DNA of 64,000 nt. Source: an uncultured Nitrososphaerota archaeon. Its GTDB lineage: Archaea > Thermoproteota > Nitrososphaeria > Nitrososphaerales > Gagatemarchaeaceae. Within the stretch, counting starts at the first letter, position 1. Each line of letters opens with the position of its first letter. The translations under genes were made by a program, and so were the position numbers. This document shows positions 26,947 through 37,831 of the stretch, one piece after another. Location of the stretch: positions 1,376,001-1,440,000 of the forward strand of contig OY969807.1 in the NCBI GenBank assembly GCA_963703285.1, written 5' to 3'. The notes below the pieces were generated by a model, which saw only the letters and a list, made by a program, of their open reading frames with translations, was not told the origin of the DNA and made no database searches.

Positions 26947-28581
26947 CTAGTTCAGGCCGTAGCGCTTCACTTTCTCGAGGTCGAGGCCGCGCTTCCTGCA
27001 CATTGATTCGATGTAGTGGAGGAGGCCGTACCCGCCCAGGTTGAGCACGCTCGACATGACGGCCCGTCTCGCGAAATTGCCCTTGCTGTCCGTCACGGCA
27101 TCCCTCTTGATCATCTTCGAGAGGTGCCGGTAGCATGCGTAGTAGACCGCGAGCTCGGACTCGTCGAGAATATCCGGGCTCCAGGACCTGCTCCTGATCA
27201 TCCCCAAGGGCACGTTCTGCATCGGGGTGGCGGTGAACTCGGAGAGCCTCCCCCCGTCGACCTCCATGTTGCTGAGCCTGTTGACCATCGCCACCGTCTC
27301 CCAGTTGTCCTCCGCAGTCTCGTCCATCTGCCCCACCTGGACGGTGAAGGCGGGCCGCCAGTAAGCGACGTTCATCCCCTTGACGCCCTCCTCGACTATG
27401 GACTGCCAGGAGCCGTCGGGGCCAATCTTGAGCGGGAGCGTCTTGTTGGGCATGTGTATCTGGGCCAGCCGTTCGCTCCCCGTCTCCAGCCCGACCTGGA
27501 TGCCGATCCACTTGTCCGGTCCGGCGTGCACGACCGAGGAAATCCTCTTGGTTATCTCGGGATACCCCGCCGGGATGGATATCCTTCCGTGAGTGGGGTT
27601 GGTGTGGGCGAGCCCCTTGACGGACATCACCGTCTTGAACAGCTCATCGATGGCCTCTTCGTTGGGGACGAAGTGCGGCCCGTGCTTGTAGGCGAAGATC
27701 TCGTCGCTGTGCAGCCAGGCGCTCGTCTTGCCGGCCCTGGCGTTGACCTCTACCTCCTTCGCGACCATCTCGGACGTGTAGTAGCGGATGGGCCTCAGGG
27801 TCACCTCGCAGAAGTCGCAGCCTATTCCGCATCCCCGCATCACCTCGCTCAGCCCCTTGACGGTGGGCCCCTGGATGAGGGGTATGTCCTCGAGCGTCGG
27901 GAACTGCTTGGACGACCTCATCCGCGTTATGAAGCGGTCGTGGGTGACCCACGTCTTGTGGAAGTGGTCGTCGAAGGAGGAGTAGCCCTGGAAGTAGTCG
28001 GCGTTGATTCCGCCGCTGGAGATGTCGGCGAGGACTTCGTTGATGATGTCGTCGGCCTGGCCCTGGAACGCGTAGTCTATCTTGAGCTCGTCCAGCAGCT
28101 CCGGGTGGACGGTGAGCTCCCAGACCCCCGGGCCTCCGACAACCAGCTTGGCCTTCTTCCCCACCCTGGCCCTGTTGACCTTCGCGATGAGCCCCTCGAA
28201 CTCCAGCCTGACCCACGCCTTCGAGTGGGTCGCGAAGAGGAGGGAGAACGACATTGTGAGGGGGCCCAGGCCCAGGGGGTCCATCGTGTAGACGCCTATG
28301 ATTTCCGTGTCGTCTTTCACGAACGACTGGATGAAGTCCTCGTGGGCGATGACCACATCCTCCTTCTTGTTCTGGGCCAGGAGGGCCGTCTCTAGCTTCC
28401 TGAGAGCGTAGGGCGCGACGACCGCCCTGCCGTTGTCGTCGGGGGTGCGCGACCCCTTGAGGAACCTGTAGATGAACCCGGGCACAGCCGCGCTGGGCGC
28501 AGATGGCAGGAAGTCAAGCAGCGGGAAGTTGTTGTACTCACGGGAGAGACTAGGGTCGGAGACGAAGATGTACTTTGCCAA
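26947..28581 (-). CDS. Radical SAM protein with B12-binding-like N-terminal region
   Basis: EVMRGCGIGCDFC (CxxxCxxC), VVGGPG, QVGLETGS. Confidence 0.85.
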   Translation of the reverse strand: MAKYIFVSDPSLSREYNNFPLLDFLPSAPSAAVPGFIYRFLKGSRTPDDNGRAVVAPYALRKLETALLAQNKKEDVVIAHEDFIQSFVKDDTEIIGVYTMDPLGLGPLTMSFSLLFATHSKAWVRLEFEGLIAKVNRARVGKKAKLVVGGPGVWELTVHPELLDELKIDYAFQGQADDIINEVLADISSGGINADYFQGYSSFDDHFHKTWVTHDRFITRMRSSKQFPTLEDIPLIQGPTVKGLSEVMRGCGIGCDFCEVTLRPIRYYTSEMVAKEVEVNARAGKTSAWLHSDEIFAYKHGPHFVPNEEAIDELFKTVMSVKGLAHTNPTHGRISIPAGYPEITKRISSVVHAGPDKWIGIQVGLETGSERLAQIHMPNKTLPLKIGPDGSWQSIVEEGVKGMNVAYWRPAFTVQVGQMDETAEDNWETVAMVNRLSNMEVDGGRLSEFTATPMQNVPLGMIRSRSWSPDILDESELAVYYACYRHLSKMIKRDAVTDSKGNFARRAVMSSVLNLGGYGLLHYIESMCRKRGLDLEKVKRYGLN

Positions 28582-28696
28582 CTATATCACTCGCCGGAAG
28601 CGAGGTGACGAAGACGATGCCGGAGACCCTATTCTCACACCTAGGCACTTGGGGAGTTATCGGATGTCCGTCATATTAATCTTTGCGAAGAATGCT

Positions 28697-31540
28697 CTAC
28701 TCGAGATAGAACGCGGGCTTGAAGGGGAGCGCGCCACCCGCCTTCTTCCCCGGGTCGTAGACGTCCTTCCCGCCTGCCTTGAAGACGTTCACCTCGATTC
28801 CCAGCTCGCTGGAGATGAACGTCGCAGCGCCCTTTAGGATATGGAACTCGTCGAAGTCCTCCAGTCCCGCAAGCCTCTGCACGAGCTCCTCTCCCAGCTC
28901 ATACTGGAGCTTGATGACCCTCTCGGGCTTTATCCCCGTCCCGGCGTACTTCTTTATCACCGAGCCGCGGTCCCCGCCCTCCTTCTGGACCCGCGAGAGC
29001 TCGGTGAAGTACGACGAAGCCTCGTCGGAGCTGACGTAGAGGCTCAGCTTCTTCTTGCTCTCCTTGATTATCTTCAGTAGGTTCCTGGCGTCTTCCAGAA
29101 CTCTGTTAACAAGCAGCTCGGCCGTCTCGGCGCCCAGGTCTTCGGGGAACTCCGTCGTCGAGGGCCAGTCGGCGGTGGACATCAGACCCTTCCCGCCATT
29201 CCTCTGGTTGAGCTCCTCCGCAGCGAAGGGGATGAACGGCGAGAGCAGCCTTATCCACGTCTCGGAGACGAGCTCCATGGTCTGCCTTCGAGGCCCCTCC
29301 TCCCTCCTCAGGTACCACCTGATGTCGTTCCAGACGTCGAGAAGGGCTACCGAGAGCGCCTTCCTGATCTTCATGCTCTCGACCGAAGCGGTGACCGTCT
29401 CGATCCTGTGGCGCATCACAGAGATCAACCAAGCGTCGAGCTCGTCTGGGTCTCTCCTCTCGCTCTCCCTAAGGGACTTCTCCATGAACGGGAAGAGCGA
29501 TTCTATCTTGAACTTCATGTCTTCGGCGTTCTTGGACTTCCAGTCTGCGTCGTCCATCCCGTCGGCGGCCAGCGCGAGAGTCGCCCGCAGGGCGTCCGCT
29601 CCGTACAGCTCCAGCGCCTGGCGCCATGTGACGAAGATGTTCCTCGACTTGCTCATCTTCTGGCCCTCTATCTCTATCATCCCGTTGACGCTGAAGCCGA
29701 CGGGCCACTGCGCCTCCTCGAACATCGCCGCGTGATGGAAAGCGAAGAAGGTCAGGTGGTTGGGGATGAGCTCCTTGGCGGAGTTCCGGAGGTCGACCGG
29801 GTACCAGTAGAGGAACTCGGTCCGCATGGCTCTGAGGAGCCTGAGGTCTATCCCCGAGAGCTTCGCCACGTGCGCCTCCGACCCGATCCCCAGAAGGACG
29901 TAGTCGAAGACCTCGGGAACCAGCTGGTCGAACTTGACCCTCTCGGCGTTGACCAGCTGCGAGATGGTGTAGAAGGCCATGTAGATGGTGGAGTCTGAGA
30001 GGGTCTCGACAATCCACTCCTTGTCCCAGGGGAGCTTGGTCCCCATCCCCGAGCGTCGAGCGCAGGACCAGTTCCGCAGCCAGTCGATGGTCGAGTAGTA
30101 CCACTCGAGGGACTGCTCGGGGTAGACGTTGGCGCGCCTGATCAGCGACTTCGTCTTCTCCTTCCAGGCGGGGTCGGAGTAGTTGAGGAACCACTGGTTC
30201 TCGAGTATCTTGACGTAGCATCGGGTCCCGCACTTGCAGACCACCCGCTGGGGCAGCTCCATCATGACGGCGAGGACGCCGCCTCCTTTCATCTCCTCGA
30301 CGACCGTGGGCTTCGCCTCGGAGACCTTCATCCCTCTGTAGCTGCCGCAGTTCTGCTTCATGATCCCCCTGTGGAACTCCGCCTTGTAGAGCTCGGCGGT
30401 GGCCTCCTCGAGCCTGGGGTCGGACGAGTCCCTGATGCCGCGCTTCCTGACCTCGTCCTGGGCAGGGACGTCCGAGTAGCCCTGGATGGCTATCATGGAG
30501 ATCGGCCCGAGCCGCCTAGCGATGGCTGAGATCTCCGGGGACGCGTTCGCTCTCCCCTCCTGGAGGTCGACGAGCCCCATGTAGTCATAGGGCGCGTGCG
30601 CAGGCACGCTGTAGACCACGCCCGTCACGAGGTCGGCATCGACGAACGTCGCCGGGAGCACAGGAAGGCTGGCGCCGGTGATGGGCGCGGTGACCGTCTT
30701 CCCGAGTAGCTCCGAGCCCTTCAGCTCCCTCAGGACCTTGACGGAGTGGAGCTGTTCCGCCAGCCGGTTGGTCGCCGACGAACTGATAATCCAGACCTCT
30801 CCGTCCACATCCGCCTCACAGTAGGCGCCCTCCGGGTGGACCCAGACGTTGGTCGCCCCGAAGATCGTCTCCGGCCTGAGTGTGCCGGCCACGAGCCACC
30901 GCGGGCTCCCCCCGCCCTCGACCCTGAACTTGATGAGGTTGAACTCCTCTGGGGAGACGCCCTCCCCCTCCATCCTGTCGTGGTCGCCGGTGGGGCTCTC
31001 GTCGCGCTTGCACCAGACCACGGGATGCGTCCCCTGGACGACGAAGCCGCGTTCGCGCAGACGCAGGTACTGCCACTCGACGAACTTCTTGAACGCCGGG
31101 TCGACCGTCCTGAACTCCCTCCTCCAGTCTATGGAGAAGCCGGTCTCCTTCACCGCCTCTCTGCTCACCCTCGTATAGTAGGAGGCTAGATACTCGGGGT
31201 CGACGAACCGCTCGACTTCGCTCGGCGGAACCCCGTCGGTCTCGAGGAAGGCCTTCCGGACGCCCTCATCCCCCAGGGAAAGCCTGTAGCTCATCCCGGG
31301 TATGCTCTCCCCCGTCCAGTGCCAGGCCCACGGGAAGAGCACGTTGAACCCCCGCATCCGCTTGAAGCGCGCGTAGACGTCCACCCTCGTGGCGGTGAAG
31401 CAGTGACCTATGTGGAGGGGCCCGTTCATGTAGGGGAACGGGAAGGTGACGAACACCTTCTTCTTCCCCCCGATCGGCTCGGACTCGAAGAGCCGCTTCT
31501 CGCTCCACACGCTCAGCCAGTGTTTCTCGTACGCGACCAA
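28697..31540 (-). CDS. leuS: Leucine--tRNA ligase (archaeal type)
   Basis: FPYMNGPLHIGH, TLRPET, KMSKS, ALPFKPAFYLE. Confidence 0.97.
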   Translation of the reverse strand: MVAYEKHWLSVWSEKRLFESEPIGGKKKVFVTFPFPYMNGPLHIGHCFTATRVDVYARFKRMRGFNVLFPWAWHWTGESIPGMSYRLSLGDEGVRKAFLETDGVPPSEVERFVDPEYLASYYTRVSREAVKETGFSIDWRREFRTVDPAFKKFVEWQYLRLRERGFVVQGTHPVVWCKRDESPTGDHDRMEGEGVSPEEFNLIKFRVEGGGSPRWLVAGTLRPETIFGATNVWVHPEGAYCEADVDGEVWIISSSATNRLAEQLHSVKVLRELKGSELLGKTVTAPITGASLPVLPATFVDADLVTGVVYSVPAHAPYDYMGLVDLQEGRANASPEISAIARRLGPISMIAIQGYSDVPAQDEVRKRGIRDSSDPRLEEATAELYKAEFHRGIMKQNCGSYRGMKVSEAKPTVVEEMKGGGVLAVMMELPQRVVCKCGTRCYVKILENQWFLNYSDPAWKEKTKSLIRRANVYPEQSLEWYYSTIDWLRNWSCARRSGMGTKLPWDKEWIVETLSDSTIYMAFYTISQLVNAERVKFDQLVPEVFDYVLLGIGSEAHVAKLSGIDLRLLRAMRTEFLYWYPVDLRNSAKELIPNHLTFFAFHHAAMFEEAQWPVGFSVNGMIEIEGQKMSKSRNIFVTWRQALELYGADALRATLALAADGMDDADWKSKNAEDMKFKIESLFPFMEKSLRESERRDPDELDAWLISVMRHRIETVTASVESMKIRKALSVALLDVWNDIRWYLRREEGPRRQTMELVSETWIRLLSPFIPFAAEELNQRNGGKGLMSTADWPSTTEFPEDLGAETAELLVNRVLEDARNLLKIIKESKKKLSLYVSSDEASSYFTELSRVQKEGGDRGSVIKKYAGTGIKPERVIKLQYELGEELVQRLAGLEDFDEFHILKGAATFISSELGIEVNVFKAGGKDVYDPGKKAGGALPFKPAFYLE

Positions 31541-31544
31541 TGGG

Positions 31545-34277
31545 CTATCTCCCGACTAGTCCGGAGACCGTATCGTAGACAGCCTCGGAGGCCTCGTTGA
31601 TGCGGTCCAGCCTCGGACCGCCGCCCTGGGCGAACTCCTTCGAGCCTCCTCCCGACCCTCCGAGGACCTTCGCGACGGCGCGGACGACAGCGTCGGCGGC
31701 GACCCCGGACTCGGCTGCGGCCTTGCCCACAAAACAGGTGATTCGGACTGCGTTGCCTCGGGGAGCTACGCTGGCGTAGACGAGCCGCGGTTCGGCCTTG
31801 ACGCACTTCTGCCCCTGGCTAACAATCAGTTCTTCGTCCAGCTCGCTCTCCCTCGAGAGATAAACCTTTGTCCCCTTGACCTCCCTCGCGGCTGCGAGGA
31901 CCTCGGGAAGGGACGCGGTCACGAGCCTCTCTCCGAGGCTCCTCTGCTTCCTGAGCGACTCCTCGAGCCTCTCGCGCACGTCTTCGGCGACCTTCACGAC
32001 GTTCTCCCTCTGCGTGGTCAGGGCCGAGGAGGCCCGTCCGATTGTGGAGTACATCTCCTGCACGTACTCGACCGCCGGGTACCCCGCGACGAAGTCTAGC
32101 CGCTCCACGCCGTCCTGTATGCGCTCGGTCTTGACGATCTTGATGAGGCCGACCTCCCCGGTCGTCCTGGTGTGGGTTCCTCCGCAGGCCTGGATGTCCC
32201 AGTCCGAGATGCTGACTATCCTGAGCTTCGCCGAGGGGACGACGCCGCCCTGGAAGATCCGGAAGCCGTACGTCTCCTCGGCGACCCTCCTCGGCACGCC
32301 GGTTATCGTGACCGGAAGGTTCTTCATCACAATGTCGTTGGCCACGTCCTCGATCTTCCGGACCTCCTTCTCCGTGAGGTGTGCGAAGTGGGTGATGTCG
32401 AGCCTGCCGTAATCCGCCTCCTTGAACGCGGAGTGTTGCCAGACCCAGGGGCCGAGGACCTGCCGGGAGGCTCCGTTCAGGATGTGCGTCGCGGTATGGA
32501 TGCGCTTGATCCTCTGCCTCCTGACAGAGTCAACCTCTCCGTGGACGTTCGAACCGACGGCCGGGAGATCCCCCGCGATCTTGTGCAGGACCACGGTTCC
32601 GTACTTGATTGCGTCTTCCACTTTCATTCCGTCTATGGTTCCGTGGTCCGGTTCCTGCCCACCGCCCCGCGGGAAGAACGCGGTCTGGTCGAGCGCGACG
32701 AAGCCGCCCTCGAAGGTCTTCAGAACCCGAGCATCGAACCGGAACGTGTCAGGTTCCTCGTAGTAGAGCAGGCGGGTGTCAGGGACGTCCGCGACGTCGA
32801 ACCTCGGGCCCTTCTCCTCCTCCTTCTGGAGGATGTGTTTGGAGACGACGCGCTGGTAGAAATCGTCGGGGATGGCGACCTTCAGGCCCGCCTGGACGAG
32901 CTGCTCCGGCGTTATGCCGTCGGAGTCGTACAGCTTCACCAGGTCGTCCGTGCCAAGCTCCCTCTTCGAGCTGGAGAGCGAGGAGATAGTCTTTGACACC
33001 CGTTCCATCGTCGAGCCGTAGCGGGCCTCTTCCACGTCCAGCACCTCCGAGACGTCGCCCCTGTGCTGCTCGAGCTCGGGGAACATCCCAGAGAGCTGGT
33101 CTATGTGCCAATTGATGACGTCGTGGAGGTCGAACTTGAAGCCGTAGCGCTGGACGAACGACTGCGCCCGCCTGAAGACGACCCGCAGGTTGTATCCGCC
33201 GCCCACGTTACTGGGCAGGAGCCCGTCGGCGATCCCGAAGAGGAGGGTCCTCGAGTGGTCCGCGATGGCGTAGAAGGCTTCTAGCGGAGCGAGTTTCTCG
33301 GTAAGGTCCGAGACCGGCACCCCGAGCTCCCTCGCTATCATTCCCCTCGCCTCCGAGAGGTTGGGGAAGTCGTCGACGTTCATCGTCCCCGCGACGCGGG
33401 AGTAGCGGAGGAAGAGGTCGTGGTCATACTCGAAGGGTGAGGCCTCCTTCATCCGCTTGAGGACGGGCGCGAACGCTACGTCGTACGAGGTCGGAGTCCC
33501 CTGCGTGATCCAGGCCAGTCTCTCGAGTCCGGAACCCATGTCGATGACCTTCTCCTTCATCTCCGTGAAGGACGACGGGCTGCCCTCGAAGGCGGTGAAG
33601 ACGGCGTTCCCCAGTTCGAGACCCCGGGCGAAGTAGTCGAGACAGTACCCGAAGGCGCCGTACCCCACCCAGACGCCCTCGATGAATGACAGTTCCTCTT
33701 CCGGTATGCCTAGCACCTTAGTCAGCAGGTCGAAATCGAGATCGATGCACCTGTCCTTCCAGTATCCCTCCTTGTTCGCCAGCGCCGTCTGCCCAATCAT
33801 GCAGAAGGACGAGTTGTGCTTCCCGTTCACCCCGACGGTCGGCAGGTCGTTGAACCTCAGGCACATCTGCGGGACGACGAGAGGGTTCGCGGGGAGCTCG
33901 AAGATGACCTTGCCCCCCTCTATCCGCTGGAAGTCGATGATCGAGGCCACGGTGAAGTAGAGGTCGGGCCTCCACCGGGCGACCACAGGATACCGGGGGA
34001 CGATGGTGTGGCCGTTGTTGCGGAAGAACTCCTCCACCTTCCTCCAGGTGCCGACGTAGTCCAGCCTGGTCTTGGTCGGTGGGCTCCCGATGAAGGTGTA
34101 GGGCGAGCAGGGCTGGTCGTCGCACCTCGTGGCCCCGGGCCTGAGCGTCCAGAAGTGCTTCCCGCAGCTTTCGCACTTCTTCCGGACGAAGCCCCTGCGC
34201 TTGAAGAGGTCCACCATGTAGTACTTCTCGTAGTCCTTCGAGAACCTCTCCTGGAGCACGGCCTTGTCGCCCGCCAT
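31545..34277 (-). CDS. alaS: Alanine--tRNA ligase
   Basis: YPVVARWRPDL, DMGSGLER, DHSRTL, HTATH, QACGGTH, GGSGGG..AQGGG; start taken at ATG 34277 (MAGDK). Confidence 0.96.
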   Translation of the reverse strand: MAGDKAVLQERFSKDYEKYYMVDLFKRRGFVRKKCESCGKHFWTLRPGATRCDDQPCSPYTFIGSPPTKTRLDYVGTWRKVEEFFRNNGHTIVPRYPVVARWRPDLYFTVASIIDFQRIEGGKVIFELPANPLVVPQMCLRFNDLPTVGVNGKHNSSFCMIGQTALANKEGYWKDRCIDLDFDLLTKVLGIPEEELSFIEGVWVGYGAFGYCLDYFARGLELGNAVFTAFEGSPSSFTEMKEKVIDMGSGLERLAWITQGTPTSYDVAFAPVLKRMKEASPFEYDHDLFLRYSRVAGTMNVDDFPNLSEARGMIARELGVPVSDLTEKLAPLEAFYAIADHSRTLLFGIADGLLPSNVGGGYNLRVVFRRAQSFVQRYGFKFDLHDVINWHIDQLSGMFPELEQHRGDVSEVLDVEEARYGSTMERVSKTISSLSSSKRELGTDDLVKLYDSDGITPEQLVQAGLKVAIPDDFYQRVVSKHILQKEEEKGPRFDVADVPDTRLLYYEEPDTFRFDARVLKTFEGGFVALDQTAFFPRGGGQEPDHGTIDGMKVEDAIKYGTVVLHKIAGDLPAVGSNVHGEVDSVRRQRIKRIHTATHILNGASRQVLGPWVWQHSAFKEADYGRLDITHFAHLTEKEVRKIEDVANDIVMKNLPVTITGVPRRVAEETYGFRIFQGGVVPSAKLRIVSISDWDIQACGGTHTRTTGEVGLIKIVKTERIQDGVERLDFVAGYPAVEYVQEMYSTIGRASSALTTQRENVVKVAEDVRERLEESLRKQRSLGERLVTASLPEVLAAAREVKGTKVYLSRESELDEELIVSQGQKCVKAEPRLVYASVAPRGNAVRITCFVGKAAAESGVAADAVVRAVAKVLGGSGGGSKEFAQGGGPRLDRINEASEAVYDTVSGLVGR

Positions 34278-34430
34278 CAGAGCACCTTGCCGGTCACCCT
34301 CCCGAATCGGTAAATAAAGTAGGAGATGCTGCGTCGCGCGGAAGCCAGCTCTCTTCGGGCGCGCGCCTGGTTTTGAAGAGGAGACCTCGAAAACTATAAA
34401 AGCGGTTGGGGGATGGCGGGCTTTTGCAAA

Positions 34431-34742
34431 ATGACCGACTCTTACATGTATGCCGCTCTTCTGCTTCACAAGGCTGGCAAGCCCATTAACGAGGATAACC
34501 TGACAGGCGTGGTCAAGGCCGCTGGAGTGGAGGTCGACCAGGTGAAGGTGAAGGCCCTGGCTTCTGCCCTCAGCGAGATCAACATAGACGATGCCCTGAA
34601 GAGCGCCTCCGCGATGGCGGTGGCGGCCCCGGCGGCAGCGGCGGCACCCGCAGCTGGTGCGGTCAAGGCGGAGGAGAAGCCGAAGGAAGAGGAGAAGAAG
34701 GAAGAGGAAGCGCTGGCGGGTCTGGCTTCCCTATTCGGCTAA
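34431..34742 (+). CDS. rpl12p: 50S ribosomal protein P1 / L12p
   Basis: [10 protein letters not shown], Ala-rich hinge, [13 protein letters not shown]. Confidence 0.95.
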   Translation: MTDSYMYAALLLHKAGKPINEDNLTGVVKAAGVEVDQVKVKALASALSEINIDDALKSASAMAVAAPAAAAAPAAGAVKAEEKPKEEEKKEEEALAGLASLFG

Positions 34743-34831
34743 GAACGGCACCATCGTCCAAAGACAGCGTACTGGCTCTCCATGAGGGGCGCCTCCCTAG
34801 AACTACAGAGAATGTTGTCCAGGAGCTGGGC

Positions 34832-35707
34832 CTACGCGTAGCCCTTTTCCTTGGCCTTGTCGAGGACCGCATTCGCCTCGGCCTCCGCCTTCGCAAGGAT
34901 GACGGGCGCCGTCTCCGGGGTGAGTTCTCCCACCTCGACGGCCAGCGAGAACGCCTCGCGGTACGCCCGGGCGATTATATCGGGGGCGGTGTCCGGTGTG
35001 ACGTAGCCGATGTATATGGCCAGGCCCCTTGAGGAGGCGAAGCCCGAGAGCAGGCTCTCTCTGTACTTCTCCAGGTCGATGGCGACCACGTCGGCCGCGT
35101 AGATTAGGCCGTCCTCGTAGGCGAGCGCGATGGACAGCCCCGCACGGATGGGCTTGATTCCGAGCTTCGAGAGAAGGCTCGCGAGCTTCGGGGTTATGGC
35201 GGTGCCCGCCTTCGCGGCGACGGAGTCCTTGATTATCCAGATGCTCCCGGACTCGATCTTCGTCGGGATCCCGGCCTCCCTGAACTCACTGAGCACGGGG
35301 CCGGCGGGCTGGCCGGTGTTGCCGGCTGGAACGGTGATGTCGGCGGGAGCGACGTCTCCCACCCTCGCCGCAAGGCTGACCCGGTTCTTCTCCAGGAGGA
35401 GGTATACCTTGAACGGGTCGAGGTTCGAGAAGATTAACGCGTTCTGGCCCGTTAGGTACTTGAGCAGTTCGTCGGCGTTCTTTATCCCGGCCCTCTTCAG
35501 CGCGAGCTTCGCGAGGTTGTTCTTGACCACGACTATCTCCGCGTTGCCGCGGAGGACCTTCCTCACGGCCATCAGCTGCGCAGAGCGGACCTTGGAGAGC
35601 TGGGTGACGACTATGACGGGGTACTTCTGCGATAGCTTTGCGATCTTGTCCACGGTGGAGAGCTTCTTCTCACTGTACTCCCGCTGGACCTGCGCCTGCT
35701 GGCTCAT
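34832..35707 (-). CDS. rpl10: 50S ribosomal protein L10 / P0
   Basis: VVKNNLAKLAL, VPAGNTGQPAGP, LLSKLGIKP; start ATG 35707. Confidence 0.95.
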   Translation of the reverse strand: MSQQAQVQREYSEKKLSTVDKIAKLSQKYPVIVVTQLSKVRSAQLMAVRKVLRGNAEIVVVKNNLAKLALKRAGIKNADELLKYLTGQNALIFSNLDPFKVYLLLEKNRVSLAARVGDVAPADITVPAGNTGQPAGPVLSEFREAGIPTKIESGSIWIIKDSVAAKAGTAITPKLASLLSKLGIKPIRAGLSIALAYEDGLIYAADVVAIDLEKYRESLLSGFASSRGLAIYIGYVTPDTAPDIIARAYREAFSLAVEVGELTPETAPVILAKAEAEANAVLDKAKEKGYA

Positions 35708-36357
35708 GCTTCGCTTACCTTGCTCCTCACGGGCTTGCCCATGGTCGTCTTCACTATCACGGCCCTGATGTTCCTGTCGCCGTTGGGCAGCTTCTTCTGG
35801 ACCGCCTGGACCATCGCAAGGATGTTGTCGGCGAGGTCGGTGTCCGAGAGCTTCCTGTCTCCCACCTTCGCGGCCACTGCGAGAGCCGCCCTGCTGCGGA
35901 CCCTCACGGCGGTCCTCGTCCGGCTTATCATCGCCTCGATGGGCGCGTTTGGCGGGACGGGGGTCGGTATCTTGCCCTTCGGGCCGAGCGAGGTGCCGAG
36001 GATCTTGCCTATCCTGGGCATCAGCGCGGTGTCTGCCAGGAAGAAGTCGTACTGCCTCGCGAGCTTCTTTGCCTCCTTCTTGTTGCCCGCGAAGTTCTCG
36101 AGCTGGGAAGGCTCGAGCGTCCCCTCGACGCCCGCGTTCTTCGCCCGGAGCAGGAGGTCTCCGGAGCCGATGAAGCATATCGTTGACTTGTGGGAGCCGG
36201 GGTGGGGCAGGTAGACGGTCTCGTTGATGTTCAGGTCCGTCTTCTTGGGATCGACGTCCTTGAAGGTGATTACGGACTCGAAAGATTCGGGGAACTTCCT
36301 CTCCTTCGACTCCTTCCCCTTCTTGACGAGCTCCGCAAGTTGAACGTTTGTAAGCAA
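35704..36357 (-). CDS. rpl1: 50S ribosomal protein L1
   Basis: RKFPESFE, LGPKGKIP, VKTTMGKP. Confidence 0.95.
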   Translation of the reverse strand: MLTNVQLAELVKKGKESKERKFPESFESVITFKDVDPKKTDLNINETVYLPHPGSHKSTICFIGSGDLLLRAKNAGVEGTLEPSQLENFAGNKKEAKKLARQYDFFLADTALMPRIGKILGTSLGPKGKIPTPVPPNAPIEAMISRTRTAVRVRSRAALAVAAKVGDRKLSDTDLADNILAMVQAVQKKLPNGDRNIRAVIVKTTMGKPVRSKVSEA

Positions 36358-36396
36358 GTGAGTTCCCGAAAGCCAGACCGCGCCAGAGGCCAGTAA

Positions 36397-37168
36397 TTAA
36401 AAGAGTTTCGATGGCTCGGCTCCCAGGGCGCGCCCCACGGGATCCCCGACCCGGAGGACTCCCTCGCCGATGGCGGTGCACATTACCCCCAGGTTGCTGC
36501 CGTGGACCTTCTGAATCGTCTCGAGTATAAGCTGGTCCTCCTCGATCCCGGGCTGCCTCATCGTCGTCACCTTACACCGGACGTTGGGCTTCTCGACGCG
36601 AACGCGAAGGGGCCCCATCTCCAGCTCGCTGCCGACCCAGCCGTCCTCCGGGAATCCGTCCAGGTCCCGCCCGGTGTCGACCACGATGTTGGGACGGAAC
36701 CGCCTTGCCTGGAAGTCGCCTCCGGGATGGGCGTCCCGCAAGCGTCCGAGCGACGCGGTGGTGATGAGGTGCAGCGTCCTGCCCGACTTGGCGCGAGACT
36801 CCGCGAACCTGGGGTACCTCACGAGCTCCAGTTCTCCGCCGAGGGCCGCGCTGATGTGAGAGTTCACCTCAGGGTCGCTGGAGGTGCAGACCGTGCGCCC
36901 TGAACTCTCGATCGAGACCTCGTGCACTCCCTCCGGGGGGCCGGAGAATCCTCGCCGAGAGCTCGAGCATAGTCGGACGACCGAGGGACTCCCCCCAAGA
37001 GAACCGGTAGGACTTCGGGTCGAGGACCCTCTTGGACGCGACCTCGCGGATGGCGTACAGGTGGTCCCCGGATATTCCGGTGGCCAGGACCCTGCTCTCC
37101 TCAAGCCTCTCCCCCTGGAGTCCGTTTACAGGATAGCGCCAAATCTCGGCGACCCGTCCAAGGGTCAT
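36397..37168 (-). pseudogene. MOSC-domain protein, split by an apparent +1 frameshift near 36935-36950
   Basis: N-part IWRYPV...GDHLYA; C-part LHLITTASL, RRFRPNIVV, RCKVT, GVLRVGD in another frame. Confidence 0.8.
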
Positions 37169-37192
37169 CGCAGGGGCTCGTCGTTGTCCGGG

Positions 37193-37693
37193 CTATTTCT
37201 TCGCTTCGAACGCCGCGATGGCCTCGTCCCACTTGCCCTCTTCGATCTGCTTTGTGAACTGCCGCGGGTCCGTGTCCTCGACCTTGAGGCCCATGCTGAC
37301 GCAGCTCCCGACGACTTCCTTCACAGAGGACTTGATCGACTTGGCGTACGAGTCGTTGATCTTAATCCTGGCGATGCCGAGGACCTTGTCGAAGGAGACG
37401 TTCCCGACGAAGTCGACGTTCGGCTTTCCCGAGCCCTTGGGGATGGCGGCTTCCTTCACGAGGAGAGCGGAGGTGGTGGGGGTCCCCACGGAGACCGTGA
37501 ACTTCTTGGTCTCCTGGTCGACCTCGACCTTCACCGGGACCTTCATCCCCTTGAAGTCCGCGGTCACCCTGTTGATCTCGTTGACGACCTGCAGCACGTT
37601 GACCCCGAGCGGCCCGATTGCGGGCCCGAGGGGCGCCCCGGCGGAGGCCTCGCCGCCCGTCACCAGTACGGAGATAATCTTCTTCTCGCCCAT
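37193..37693 (-). CDS. rpl11: 50S ribosomal protein L11
   Basis: GGEASAGAPLGPAIGPLGVN, GMKVPV, GSCVSMG. Confidence 0.96.
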   Translation of the reverse strand: MGEKKIISVLVTGGEASAGAPLGPAIGPLGVNVLQVVNEINRVTADFKGMKVPVKVEVDQETKKFTVSVGTPTTSALLVKEAAIPKGSGKPNVDFVGNVSFDKVLGIARIKINDSYAKSIKSSVKEVVGSCVSMGLKVEDTDPRQFTKQIEEGKWDEAIAAFEAKK

Positions 37694-37780
37694 AAGCAGC
37701 ACTTGTTGGAATTGGGCGCTTTCTGGCAGCGTATCTAAAGCTTTTCCGGCGGTTCCGGCGGGTGAAGGTCGGGAGGGAGG

Positions 37781-37831
37781 CTAGGCCGGCTGCTTCGCGG
37801 CCTCTGGCTTGGCCTTCTCGACAATCTTGAC
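37781..37831 (-). other. Displaced original 3' end of spt5
   Basis: Reads VKIVEKAKPEAAKQPA* in host-like GC3-rich codons and aligns with LKIISKG at the current spt5 end. Confidence 0.65.

Noticed and set aside
34832-36481. 549-aa ORF as an extended L10
   Set aside because: The upstream half overlaps rpl1 in another frame; the true start is ATG 35707.
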